A stretch of DNA of 64,000 bases, from contig NC_043001.1 of assembly GCF_006345805.1 (NCBI RefSeq), positions 97,216,001 through 97,280,000 on the forward strand, written 5' to 3'. This DNA is from Octopus sinensis (lineage: Eukaryota). The position numbers and the translations under genes were made by a program. The notes under the pieces were generated by a model. It was not told where the DNA came from and searched no databases. It worked only from the letters and a program-made list of their open reading frames with translations. The first letter of the stretch is position 1; every line of letters begins with the position of its first letter. Shown piece by piece: positions 14,124 to 28,239 of this stretch.

Positions 14124-14729
14124 TATATATATAATATATATATATATATGCATACAAAGACATTACTGAATAACTGGATGGTTCATACCGTCTTATTTTT
14201 CTCTTCTCTCCTTGTAGTTAGTTATCCGTTTATTCCAATCGGAAATATTTTAACCAATAACATAACTAACACATGCACATATGAAATATCAGTCACTGCT
14301 GAGATTGCTCGTGAAATAATGTTAAGAAATCGTTTGATATTGAATACTCTAGTCATTTTCTGATACTTCTTTATTCCCTCCTCAAGGCACATGTTATACG
14401 CAGAACGATAAGAAACTTCCAATAATTGCTAACGCTTAGTGAATATCAACAATTTCGTTCAGAATATATGACGTTATTTATTTAGTAATCATTTACTTTA
14501 TATATGAAATAGTTCTTACCGTTTCTTTGCTTCATTTATACTTTGTATTTCCTCTTTTATTTCGTTTCTTCTCTATCTCATGAGATATAATTTATCCATG
14601 TCTGTAAAGGATTTATATCAATTATAAAATGAAATGAAATAAAAATGAAATATATCAATTACTGTACAAACAGCAATACCTCTTTAACTCATCTATTTTA
14701 GATATTGAGATATCTCCTTAACATGATAT

Positions 14730-14804
<75 letters not shown>

Positions 14805-14862
14805 GCATATTTATATATATGGACACATACACACATACATATATAAAAAGATATATATATAT

Positions 14863-15213
14863 TCTTTTACTTGTTTCAGTCAGTTGACTGCGGCCATGGT
14901 GAAGCACCTCATTTAGTCAAAAGAATCGACGCCAGGACTTATTCTATCAGTCAATTTTGCAGAACCGCTAAGTTACAGGGAGATAAACACACCAAGCTTT
15001 GTTACTAAGCGATTGTGGAGGGACAAACACAGACTCACACAAATATATACATACGAGCTTCTTTCACTTTCCGTCTACGAAATCCACTCAAAAGAGATTG
15101 GTTGTCAAGCGGCAACAATAGAAAACAATAGCTTAAGTTTCTACGCAATGAGACTGAACCCAGAACCTTGTAGTTGGTAAGCAAGCTACTTCCCACACTG
15201 TCACCCCTGCTCC
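14863..15213 (-). mobile_element. SINE family A, diverged full-length
   Basis: Tail, core and head blocks are all recognisable. Confidence 0.85.
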
Positions 15214-15277
15214 TATATACTAGTAAGGATGTGTTGATAACTGATTATATATAAAAGATGTATAACTTAGATATCAT

Positions 15278-15313
<36 letters not shown>

Positions 15314-15445
15314 AAAGGTATATATATATATATATAATTATATATATATATACGTGTATATATATATGTGTGTTTGTGTACGTGCGTCTCTGTGTGGGTA
15401 TATATATGTATGTCTATGTATGTGTGTATGTACATGAATATATAT

Positions 15446-15498
<53 letters not shown>

Positions 15499-18432
15499 AT
15501 ATATATATATATATATAATATATATATATACATATATATATATACATATATATATATACATATATTATCTTCCTTAAATGTCTTTCTCTTAAAGCACACA
15601 TTCATTTTACTTTGCGTCGTTTCGTTTATGATACCATCTAATATATTGTCAATTACCTTTCGATTGTCTCTAACGTATCTCCAAATTCAAACCCCATGTG
15701 GCATACAGAAGATGGATGATGCTACAGTAGGTGAAGAAAGCGTTGAAATACTGATATATCTGTGTTGCAGATGCAGGTTAGGTATTTAAAGAGAGAAAAG
15801 TCATTTTGGAGACGAAGATGGGTATAGTAAGTTAAATGGAAATTGTTGTATCCAGGCAATATGAGCATCGATTTCAATGTATCGTCTCCCCTTAATGTTC
15901 TTATTACGAATTAAAGAAAATGCATTCAATCGATACGCTCATTTGTTTTTATCTGAGTCACTATATTTCGACGGCGGTATAGATATTTCCATTACGAATT
16001 CGTTTATCATTGAAAAAATTAATAAAATCAAAAGAAATAATTCTATTCTACAGATTTGCTTTGAACGTAGTGTGATAACATAACAGTTTCCTTGCATTAT
16101 TGCCCTGTTTTTGTGTAAATGATATATAGTTTATATATGCCTCTGTATATAATGACCTCAGTATATAATGACTATTTAAATTGCAAACACTATTGTAAGG
16201 TATCTTACGGCAGGTACTAAGAATTTTCATATGTTCATATTGTTAAGTCTCTGAAAACAGCAATATCAGTTGTATTCACTTTCATTAATGTAATCGTTTT
16301 AATTTTCTCTAAAATTTCTTTAATAATACATGTATCAGGAATACACTCATTTTAGTATCATTAGAAATTAATATACTGCCAAACCATTCCATTCCATATT
16401 ACATCTGTAATGATTCATCATTTAGTTTGAAGAAAACAAATTTTCTGATACGTATACGTTGGCGACTGGAAGATAAATCTCTCAACATAGTGCAACATTA
16501 TCATCCATTACTCCTAATGTGATAGATTACGACACGGTTAGGAAATAATGCAAGAAGCTGAGACGCTTTCCACGAAGAAGGACTATGATAAATGCCCGGT
16601 TCACAGTTAGCTATTACTACTTCAATCACTTCAATTAATTATATATTTTAACTTTATTTACACCTAAAATCGCTTCATGAATAATCCAGCAACCAAATTT
16701 ACTACCCATTTGGATAAAACTGCCCAGTTTCAAAGAACATTCTGGCTGTTATCTGTTTTTAGAGGAATCAATGTTTTTGCACAAATGTGGGCCAAAACCA
16801 GTATTCTCTCTAGAGTTGACGTATGTCTACATTTATTGATATGCATTAGAATTTGAAACTTTCCACGAGTCGTGACACAGACGTGTATTATTGATATTCT
16901 GCTAGGCTATGGGCATCTTTCCTTTTACTGTTTGTATCTTGGCCAAAAACGTCGACAATTTCACAATATTGCCTATCTCCTTAATAATCTATCTTTCCAT
17001 ATAGTAGGAGAAAGTGACTATAATACTTCAACAGAGTAATCATTATATACAATATATTTCGTTTTATAAATATATTGACAATTATTCAGTAACAATCTTT
17101 GGTATGTTATTTAGACAAATAAAGGTTGATATCTGGTACATCTGTCATTGATATTCCTATTTCTGACAAAATAGTTCTGATATTATTGCTAGTAAGTCAG
17201 ATATAAAATTTCATACTTGAAACTGTTAAATGGCGTATTTTGAATTTATATTATTCTCCAGACCATATAATTAAATGTAAATGTGACTGAAACAAATGGT
17301 ACCTGGTAGTTTTCTGCATAAAACAGACGATAATGGAGAAAGAAATTTGCAATATATATTTTTTTATGTATAGAGAACACCTCCTGGAAAATGGAGAATG
17401 AAACGTACAATTACAATCAAGTGAGATATCAATGCTTCCTAACATGTCATCAACTCTGTAATGATAACCGCGAGGAAGGCACTTAACTTTGATCAGACAG
17501 GTCCACAAAACTGCAAATAGGTATAATTTAGAGCAATGAAAGGGGTTTAAGTTGACTATAATCTTTTGCTGTAGGTAAAAAATCAGCTTAAACATTTATG
17601 GTGTCTCCATGCTGTTTTTGAGAATAATAAACAAAATCTCAAAAGCTCCGATTTCGTATTGTAATCCGTATATTTTGTATATGATTATCACGGGTTTGTC
17701 GGTGATAGGGTTACTAGACAATATGTTAATGGATTTACTTCGTACTACGTAGTATTCTATATATTTTTCTATTTATGTATTTGTTTTGAAACATATATTC
17801 AATGGCTAACTCTGAATATTCCCATGAATACCCGCAAATAATTAGTGTTATACACATAGACGATAAGCACCCACACACATACTCAAACACACACATGTAA
17901 ATATACATATACATATGTGTGAGAGTTATTTGTTTATGCGGGGACGTAAGTATGTGTGTTTGTGTATATATATATATATATATATATATGACATATTTCT
18001 AAATGCATATGAAGAGAAAAACAAATCTATTAATGCTGGATGTTAGACACAAACGAGGCATATATGAAGTGAGCGGATAGCATTAAGATAGCTGTAAATT
18101 ATGAAACTAAGCAACCACAAAAATGCATAAAATTATAGAAAGCCTAAGAATGTTTGCTCTAAAAATATATATACGAAGAAAATGCGTAGAATAGAATTTC
18201 AGGTTTTCAGTTATACTAATTTAAAGAAAGAGATAAATGAGAGACAAGTTAAAGATCAATTGTAGAAAATTTGTGACGTGTTTGCATGGCGCACGGCTAG
18301 TTTAAAGTGGGTGTTGTTGAGCGGGTTAGTTGGAACTTAAGTAATAATACATTCTTAGTCGCGGTTTAGCAAGTGAGGAAATCTCACCAAGTTTCTATGT
18401 TTATATTTGTAAATAACATCACCCATAGATTA

Positions 18433-18557
18433 TACTCTTTTACACTTTTACTTGTTTCAGTTATTTAACTGTGACAATGATGGTGCACCGCCTTTAGTCG
18501 AGCAAATCGACCCCAGGACTTATTCTTTGAAAGCCTAGTACTTACTTATTCTATCGA
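18433..18557 (-). mobile_element. SINE family A 3' fragment
   Basis: CCGCCTTTAGTCGAGCAAATCGACCCCAGGACTTATTCTTTG. Confidence 0.85.
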
Positions 18558-18584
18558 TATATATATATTCATATATATATATAA

Positions 18585-18890
18585 ACCTTTGAATCTGCAA
18601 CACTGTATATAACTACTCTACTGGGAATGACCAAGTTTAAAAATCTGCCATTATGCCTAAAAAATGGATTTACAACTTCAATAACCATACATATCTTGCA
18701 TATATTTTCTTTCCTCTACCTCACTATCTATTTTGCATCACACCTAAACTAACTAAGATTTAACCATCCTCTCACACCGTCTCCGATGAAGGGATATTAT
18801 TAATATATATCCTAGAAACAGCTGTAAAGCCTTCCATCTAGAAATGGTGTAATATCTACACATCCTTTGTTTTTTTATCATATTACGCAA
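18585..18890 (+). mobile_element. Non-coding HHR-bearing PLE-type element (second copy at 39890-40135); HHR at 18779-18830
   Basis: GTCT-CCGATGA-AGGGATAT..ATATCCTA-GAAA-CAGCTG-TA, between (TA)n tracts. Confidence 0.75.
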
Positions 18891-19034
18891 AACATTTATA
18901 TATATATATGTATATACGTGTATATATGTGTGTGTATATGTATATATCTATATATGTGTGTGCGGATATATATGTATATATATATATATGTATATGTTTA
19001 CATGTTTCTACACATACACACATGCATACATATA

Positions 19035-19098
<64 letters not shown>

Positions 19099-20300
19099 AT
19101 ATGCATGTGTGTGTGTTCATGAGCTTGTGTCTATTGATGTGTGCTCTTAAAGCATTCAGTAGTCGACTCTTTCTCAGATTATCCTCTAACTGCCAGCCAA
19201 CAATCCTAAAATATACTCCTATAGAAGTTTATATGTTGTACATATACTGTACATTTGATTTTGTGATTACATTATCAATATAATTGGAAATTAAGCAGTT
19301 ACTTATAGGTTAATACAATACCGTCTCTCCCAGAGAGAAGTAAATATATGAATGTGTCTAAAAGAAAAATCCGAAATAATGCACAGCTCCATGTAGCTTT
19401 ATTTGGAATCTGTTTTACTCACTGTTTTCACTTTGGCTTTTCAATATTAAGAGAAATAATGCAATACGAAAAAGCATCTATCAGCTAACACTAAAAGGGG
19501 AAGCTGTAAATACTTTTGGTCAAGTCACGTATTAACGCAATTAGCTCCTGAATCAAACATCGACTTCCTTCTTTCTCTCATTGACTTTTGTTATTGACAA
19601 CCGATTCTCGTCTCAGTTGCAAAAAGAATTAACACTTTGTGAATATTATGAATATTGGCAAATGTCTTAGAAGCAATTTGCCTCCCAGCAATCTGTCAAT
19701 GTATATAATCTTCATACGAATAGATATTTTATTTTTGCATTTCATTTTATGCTGTTGCTTAAAACACGATGTTGTATACTGTATACACTATCATGAAAGC
19801 TTTTTTTAACACTTCTGATAACTGAGGCTAGAAAAAGCAGGGAAATTTTTTTTTCTCCGCTTTTACATTGTAAGACTTCTTTTCTAGGAATATATTTTTC
19901 TTGCTATATTGTTTGGTATCCTATTTCATTTTATTTTGCTACAAATTCATATAAAATCTACTGAGAAAACCACTAATACAAAATAAAAACATCAAAAATG
20001 TGACACCAGGAAATTCTATGAGCAAGAATATGCGCTAGTTTCACATCAGGACAGTTTTTCTTTTTATTTACATACTGACTATAAAAATAGTAAATACATT
20101 TCAAGAAATGTTAAAATTTAAAAATTTGCGATACGATCATATTTACATATATTTACATATATCTTTTGCTTATAAATGTTCACTGTATTGATCATATTTT
20201 TCAAGTTTGTCCTCTCACCCATTCGCCATCTTCTTCTAATTTCTTTCTTTTAGACACATACATCCAATATAGACATGTGTTTGTATATGAATTAAACGTA

Positions 20301-20341
<41 letters not shown>

Positions 20342-20374
20342 ACACGTGCATACGCACACATACATACACACACA

Positions 20375-20423
<49 letters not shown>

Positions 20424-21287
20424 GATATGCATACACATATACACACAGATACAGATATATATGAATGTGAGTATAGTTGCAATATATGTTTGTATGCATG
20501 TATGTAAGCATGTATATAAATGGCTTAATCAGGAAAGTCTGCCTCAGGGTGTTACAATGTGATGGAAATATTTTATGCAATGAAAAAAAGAAACAATATT
20601 AAGCGAACAGGAAACATCTATTAACCTTATTATTTCGGGGCAAAATCTCTATCAACTGTTTGTAAATTACATACAATGATCATTGAGATATAAGTAATGA
20701 CTTTTCCTTTTCACAATAGGATGAAGTCATAATTTATTCAAAGAGTAATATTAAGCCAGATTTCTGAATGCTATAGAAACATAAAACAGTGACAGATGAC
20801 CTAGTGACGAATGCCTATAGTGAAGTCTGATAAATTCCTTTTCATTTTGTCTACTCTAAGCAGTGTTGTATATTGTACCACCGTGTAGAATATACAACAC
20901 TGCTTCTAACTGTATTCTAATTTTAATGTTTCATTTACATTTTAGTTCATCATTTACAAATCAGTAGACATGGAAATTAAGTATCACTTATCATGTCGTA
21001 TAAAAACAAACACAAAAAAGCAAAGGGCAAGCATCTAGACACCTTATGTAAAAATAATTATAAGAAAATGAACATAATACTGTTCAGTATTGCATTACTG
21101 ATTTGTCAGAGACAAAAGACTAATTTTGAAATTTGATACGTATTGAAATAATACGAGCTATAGTGACTGCTCTTGTTCTTCTTCATGTGGTAGAAGATAA
21201 TTCATACTCGACTAATCCTAATTGACCAAACTCATTATGCCTTTGGTTTTAAACACAGAACTGCATTACCTAGTATATAATAAATAG

Positions 21288-21502
21288 TGGTTTCAAATTT
21301 TCAACAAGGACAGCCATTTCTTGGGAGATAGTAAGTCTACTACATCGACCCCAGTGCATATCTGGTATTTATTTTATTGAATCCGTAAGAGTGAGCGGCA
21401 AAGTTATCCTCAGCGTAATTTGAACTCATAGGACAAAGACGATAGCCGAAGTGCCGCTAAGTTGTTTATCCGCCGTGCGAACGATTCTGACACCTCACCA
21501 CC
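21288..21502 (-). mobile_element. SINE family B, diverged
   Basis: CATCGACCCCAGTG..GGCAAAGTT..ATTTGAACTCA..AACGATTCTG. Confidence 0.75.
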
Positions 21503-21632
21503 TTATAAGATATGATGAATTTTAACAGACACTAGAATATTATTTGAAGCGACTTTCACTGTGCGTCTGGAGGGATCGAACCAGTGGAATTAATTACAAG
21601 TTTCTGATTGGCAATGGAAACATCTACGGTTG

Positions 21633-21862
21633 GGCGGCGAGCTGACAGAATCGTTAGCACACCGTGCAAAATGCCTAGCGTTATTTCGTCTGCCGCTACG
21701 TTCTGAGTTCAAATTCCGCCGAGGTCGACTTTGCCTTTCATTCTTTCGGGGTCCATTAAATAAGTACCATTTACGCACTGGGGTCGATATAATCGACTTA
21801 ATCTGTTTGTTTGTCCTCGTTTGTCCCCTCTGTGTGTAGTCCCTTGTGGGTAGTAAAGAAAG
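21633..21862 (+). mobile_element. SINE family B, well-preserved
   Basis: GGCGGCGAGCTGACAGAATCGTTAGC head, GAGTTCAAATTCC B box, GTCGACTTTGCCTTTCAT..AAGTACCA central domain. Confidence 0.9.
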
Positions 21863-21863
21863 A

Positions 21864-22155
21864 AGAATCGTTAGCTCGTCACGCAATACATCTGGCTGTA
21901 TTTCATCCATATTTACGGTGTGAGTTCAAATTCTGTCGAGTTCAGCTTTACGTTTTATCCTTCGAGATGGATAAAATAAGTACCAGTCGAGCACTGGGAT
22001 CTATGCAATCGACGCTGCTAGCCTTATGCTTAAATTTCAAAAATTCGAAACCAATATGAACATTATAGTAGAGCGGTGAGTGTGCAAAATCGTTAACACG
22101 CCGGCAACATGCCTAATGTCATTTCATCCTGTTTGAATGCGTTCCGAGTTCGAAA
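21864..22155 (+). mobile_element. Two further SINE family B copies (21864-22057 and head fragment 22072-22155)
   Basis: Repeated AATCGTTA..GAGTTC(A/G)AA head motifs. Confidence 0.7.
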
Positions 22156-23101
22156 ATGTTCTTCCTTGCAGCTCTAAGGGTTTTAAATCTTATTTCTAGC
22201 AATATAGGTACTACCCAGCACACACAGTCACAATTAGGGAAATTGAAGTTTTAGTTTTCGGTTTTATATTGCGTATAGCTGACTTAGTTATTTTCTCATT
22301 TTCAGATTAGCATTTCATTAAAATCAGCCATAAATGTATACGGTAAATATATATACCCACAGTCTGTATGTAGTCATACCATTCGGTGATAGAGCAGTCT
22401 CTACCGACGAGCATGAAATTTTAAGCTGAATCTATACTAGTTTAGTTATCTATTTCGACTTATGGAGCAGTTATCTATCCTTTCAGTATAAGAAAATGTA
22501 CTGCATTGCATTTCTAGGTGTTTTAAATCTTCAGCATCCTCAGTAACAATTGAAATTTTCCGATATGGTTTTCTTGTAACACATACACACACACATTATG
22601 TATATTCGCATTGTATTTGCTCATGATGTAATATTATTTTAGATATTCAATGTAAAAATATTTTCAAGCAAGCATTGCTTCTTTTTCAAATATATGTAAG
22701 TTATTAATTACTGACGGCTTCAAAATGTTAAATATTCATCCTACTCATTAACCTCAATTTTTACTGGACTTACAATTTTATTTTTTATCATGCAAGAAAT
22801 TTGTGCCCTCGTTAAAATTAATTAGACATTAAGAAGTAATAACGATATATATTTATGTCGTCTATGCCAATGAGAACTGATTGCGACTTCAGGCTAGCGA
22901 CAAGTGAAGATGAATTGTAATTTTCAGTTACTTTCACTGGTGCCTGCTACTTGGATTCTATGTAGCTGTGATGAGCATATATTTAAATATGAATCATACA
23001 CAACTGATTTATACATGTATTTATTTTAAATATACATATATACATACATACACATGTGGTATAATTTTATGTTATATATATGTATATATATATTTACATA
23101 T

Positions 23102-23132
<31 letters not shown>

Positions 23133-23187
23133 CATATATATAAATATATATACATACATATATATATATACATTTATATATATATAC

Positions 23188-23236
<49 letters not shown>

Positions 23237-23264
23237 ATATAATATATATATATTATATATATAC

Positions 23265-23492
23265 CGGAGTAAACACATAAATGTGAAACAAGGTGGAAAA
23301 AGAGTACTCAAATACCAGTGGTAGAGTAATATGCTTTATCTAAAGCAGCAGAAAATTCAACAAAACCTGTTACTCTGAGTTTCCCGTTGCCGTTCATCGG
23401 ACAGTTTTCTAGCAAAAACTGTCGGATGAACGGCAACGGGAAACTCAGAGTAACAGGTTTTGTTGAATTTTCTGCTGCTTTAAATAAAGTAT
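23265..23492. mobile_element. Fold-back element with twin hammerheads (23367-23404 minus, 23419-23456 plus)
   Basis: About 78-bp inverted arms spanning 23331-23492; each arm reads CTGT-C(C/G)GATGA-ACG-GCAA-CGG-GAAA-CTCAGAG-TA-ACAG. Confidence 0.85.
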
Positions 23493-23495
23493 CTA

Positions 23496-23575
<80 letters not shown>

Positions 23576-24288
23576 ACTGTTTATCTGTATATTTATCTAT
23601 CTATGTATTTATCTCTCTCTTTATATATGTGTACATAATATGCATGAAACTCATTTCAATGCAAATATACTTTAACGATTTGCATTAATCCTTCATTATG
23701 CATAATTGCAGAGGTTTCACACTTTAAAACTTGCACTGCACACGTAAAACTAATAAAGGAGTTGCTGCACTTTAATTTTACTCTTCATGATTCATACTTA
23801 TTCCTTTACATTTTGGGTTACATATACACACCAATAGCACATTAGTAACAACATACACTTCAAAATATTCGCCCTGGAATAAACATTTACACCATTTATT
23901 AACCTGGAAATATGATATTTGTGATACATTCTATTTGTATTAAGTGTTATTTGTGGTACATGCTGTTTGTGGTACATGCAATTGGTTATTTGTGGTACAT
24001 ACTTGTGACCTAGGTAATTGTTATTTATTTTATCAAATAAACAGTAGCCATGCTGGTGTGCGGCCTCCAGGTATTTCATTGAACAAGTAAATACAGCTTC
24101 TTGTTCATAAATCCTGACACTAAGTCAACCGTTCTGTCTTGTTAACCCCCTAGTTAACGGGGATGTAAATAAACCACTACTGGCTGTCATGCGACGTTGA
24201 GGTGGGAACGAAAAGTATATACAGACGTCCCCATTATATGTATATATATATATATAATATATATATATATATAATATATATATATATA

Positions 24289-24930
24289 AGTGAAGTTATT
24301 CAAAAGATAACGCGATTTAGAAATTTTATTTTATTCACTTATGTTTATACTTTTATCGCCTTCAAATTATTCTCAATTTCAAGCAATGCATCGGTCCCGA
24401 TGCGTTTTAAACCGTTTGAAGCAGTCCTAGAACGCTTAAGAAATGATGACTTTTAACGCATCCGTCATTTTTCTTCACCTCTTCAATATCTGAAAGTTCT
24501 GTTGCACCAGCTGTCATTACTACTGATGAACTTCGAAAAGAGTTCCGGAACAACTTTCAACTGTTTTTCCAGTTCGCAACACGCATTCGGTCGTGACTGC
24601 TTTTGATCTTCAAATGAGTAAGTGAGGCACACATTTTGCTGCAACTCTTTTCATTCGCAATCCTCCGCTCAAACCTCGTTAGCAGGAGCTGCAGCATACG
24701 TCAGCCATATCAACAAATTCTCCAAATTTTCAGCGACGGTCTTTCAAGATCAGTTCTTTAATTTCGTGATGCTTTCAATCGTTCGAGAGCCACACTCACC
24801 TACAAACATTCTTTATGAATGATATCTTTCATCGATTATACAACAGTTTGTATAATGCAGTTTAGGATATGAAACACTAACACAGTAGGTTAGAGCACTG
24901 GCGCATTCATCGTGGGGATTTAATCCTTGC
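24289..24930 (-). pseudogene. Internally deleted mariner transposase remnant
   Basis: Minus-strand peptides ELILKDRR, MKRVAAKCVPHLL (WVPHEL-like), KFISSNDSW (ITGDETW-like) and DCFKRFKTHRDRCIA..FEGD. Confidence 0.8.
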
Positions 24931-26290
24931 CAGATATTTTTTGGAGATGAATAGCTCCTATGGGGCTGATATTGAAAAGTCTGGTAGCATGACAGTGAAT
25001 TCATTACAGATATCCATGAAGCATTTCACAAAGTGGCTGTGTGTTTCAATATATAGCGAAAATTATTTACCTTATACATTTGGGCCGTCGTTCTCTAAAT
25101 TCACAAAGGTGAAACAGTTACCGCCAGAAATCACATTGTGGGTTTTAATGATTTATCCAATCTACCATCGACGCAGGAGGAGCCAATTCACTAATTCGCC
25201 CGGGCGGGGTTCCCTATAAAATCATTTAAGAATTGGTTAAAATTGCCGCATATTAAAAATGCCGAATATTTTTTAATGGAAGATCGATTACTTTTTAAAA
25301 ATTTCTCCTCCTTTCGAAGTGTGCCCATATCTTTCCCATTATATTTACAGTAATTTTAAATGCAATGGAATTTTAGTCGAATACAGAAATCTAATAAAAC
25401 AACATGCAATTATAGCCTCCTCTTGCCGAATAGACAATCTATTTATATATAAATAACAAATAGTGATTACTCACAAATAATAGACTTGTAGAATTGTCTT
25501 GAGGCAGCAGTTCGATTCTTTCTCAATTCCCCGATCTACACTGCCCCATTTTTACTTCTCTCACCGTGACAGCTTATTTATCATTATGGCTCACCATGAT
25601 CTCCATCTACTTCTTTCACTCCGTCTCTACTGTTTTTAATGCATTAGTAAAAAAAAAGAATCCTTGATGTTAGATTCATATACATTGGTGTAAGTGTATA
25701 CAGCCACATAAAGTTCAGAGAATGTATCAGATGACTTATATCTTGTGATATGGTAAAATAAACTATACACAAAACTGTTATCATATACATAGGAAAATAC
25801 GATACAAATATAAAAGTAAAAAAAAACACAATGAGAATATTAAAAAAGAAATTGCCATTAATTTCCATAACAATTTGACAATCCTAATGCATTTTATATT
25901 ATTGAAGAAAATTGTTCGAGTTTGCACTGAACTAAAAGAAGAATAAGTAATCCCCAGAGGGAAATAGCGTATATATATTTTCATTTAGAAACTAAAGAGG
26001 AGAGAGATCAATGAAGTCAACAATAATATACTCAGAAATTTTTTTTTCGGTTTTTAAAAACCAACAAGCGAACTAAAAGTATTAGTTTCGTTTTTCTGGA
26101 GAAATTCGTCTATAAATAATTTTAGAAGAATGAAATTAGATCTTGTGTTGGTGATATATACCCAAAGGCATTCATTATTAGAGGGAGGAAAGAACTCAAA
26201 ACTTTTATAAATGTACAATAAAAGACACCTCTGAGAAGGTATATAGAATGACAATATGTGTGTGTATGTGTGTGTGTCTGTGTGCCTACA

Positions 26291-26357
<67 letters not shown>

Positions 26358-26369
26358 ATGAATATATAT

Positions 26370-26481
26370 TTTTCGTGGATGTACATCGCTCCAATCTAAC
26401 GCGACTTTTGAACTTTTCCTCTTATTCCTTTCTGTTGAGGAGCGTAGTCTCTAAATGTAAATGACTTTTTTCACTTTTCGG

Positions 26482-26519
<38 letters not shown>

Positions 26520-26712
26520 TGATAGATCGGTAGCCACTACAGACATATTTTTTCTATCCTTGTTTCTCTCCTTGTTTTTTCGTGTCCCTTTCTGTTGAAG
26601 AGCGTAGGCTCGAAACGTAAAAGACTTTCTATTTCTGAGCGTTATACTAATACATCTGTTCGTTTTGTACACCACCTGTCTTCGTCTTTTATTTTTTTCG
26701 TGACCTCCCCTA
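26370..26712 (+). mobile_element. PLE-type non-coding repeats with two HHR motifs (26428-26465 decayed; 26588-26623)
   Basis: CTTT-CTGTTGA-AGAGC-GTAG-GCTC-GAAA-CG-TA-AAAG. Confidence 0.65.
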
Positions 26713-27954
26713 TGTATGTATATATATATATATATGTGTGTGTGTGTATGTATGTATGTATATATATACATATTATGTATACACACACATATATCTATGT
26801 ATGTAGCCTTTTTGTGGTGATGAAGGTGTACAATGTTCGATGATGCTTCTAACAGAGGACCTGGGATTTCATTTTTAATTCTCCGAGAACCCTGACACGT
26901 AATATCGTCAAGAATAACACAAGCAAGCCCTCTATTGTACATTCTCCCAAAAGAGATTTTCAACTACGGAGCTGAATCCATATAGCCTTACATGTGTTGG
27001 CCTCCCTAAATGTAGCGCTTCATGTATGATATAACTGGTCCAGGCTAATCTACATCAACCACATATTGCGCAGTCATGAAATATCCGTAAATCTTTGAAC
27101 AGAGTATTCTGCAGAATTAAAACTTGCCATTTCATTATCTAACGGGCTATTCAAATGTCTCGTATTGCAGAGTATAGATTTACGTCCACTTTACTCCCTG
27201 CATGATGTTCTCAAGGGGTTCCGCCGAGGTTTAATGTTTCTCTTTTGAAATCTTTCATGAGGCATTAGGATATCACGTTTCGTGTGTTTATGCACGCAGT
27301 CATAGAAACGATTCTCCATAATAAAATCGCTATCTCAACGAATGAGAAGATCTATCTACGACAGAATCTAATACATGCACACATATGTACACACACACAT
27401 ACATATATACGTGCGTACATACATACACACATACATACATACATGTATACATATAAAGATCCAAGCCATCACTGGAACTGTAAAAATGTTGAAACTTCCG
27501 GAGGTTTATCAGTTAAGTATATATGGGCATGTCTAGATATGCACGTATATGCATAAGAAGACATATATAAAGCAAAGCATACAAATCTGAAGGTATATAT
27601 ACATATAGACATGCAAAAATACCCCGTTGATCTTGTTGAAATTTAAATGAAAGAGCCTTGGATCTATTTGAAAAACCGGCTCTTTGTTTATTGGCAAGAA
27701 ATCTTGAAATAAAACAAAATAATGACTTACATACATGCATGCATTCATACATAAGTACATACATACGTACATAAATACATACTTATATACACAAATACAT
27801 ATATAATTACCAATGAACTTGTAATTTTCAAGCGCAACTGGATTAATATTAAAATATTTTACCTACTCCTATTATCAGCGGAAGTACTCTTAAGTATTTC
27901 AAAAATATGCATCTGACCGGCGACATCGGATGACCAGTATCAATCCCGGCAAAT

Positions 27955-28239
27955 GTAATTCACATCCCTCTTTTGTACCCACGTGTTATGTGTTAGGATC
28001 TAAACAGTAGTAAATGCAGTTTCGACCATGGAGGAAATTTATTCAAATGTTAATTATAATATTGGTTAAAAATCAATAATAATTTTCGTTCCGCACTGAC
28101 CATCTGGTAAAATTGTTATTGAGTTTACCCTATATTAATATTAATATTTGAATAAATTTACTCCATGATCGAAACTGCATTTACTGCTGTCCGGATCCTA
28201 AAACATAACACGTGGGTACAAAATAGGGATGTGAATTAC
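27955..28239. mobile_element. MITE-like element with long imperfect terminal inverted repeats
   Basis: GTAATTCACATCCCT..GTACCCACGTGTTATG at the left and its reverse complement at the right; arms longer than 100 bp. Confidence 0.8.

Noticed and set aside
17251-17595. 114-aa non-repetitive ORF
   Set aside because: No recognisable homology or splice support.
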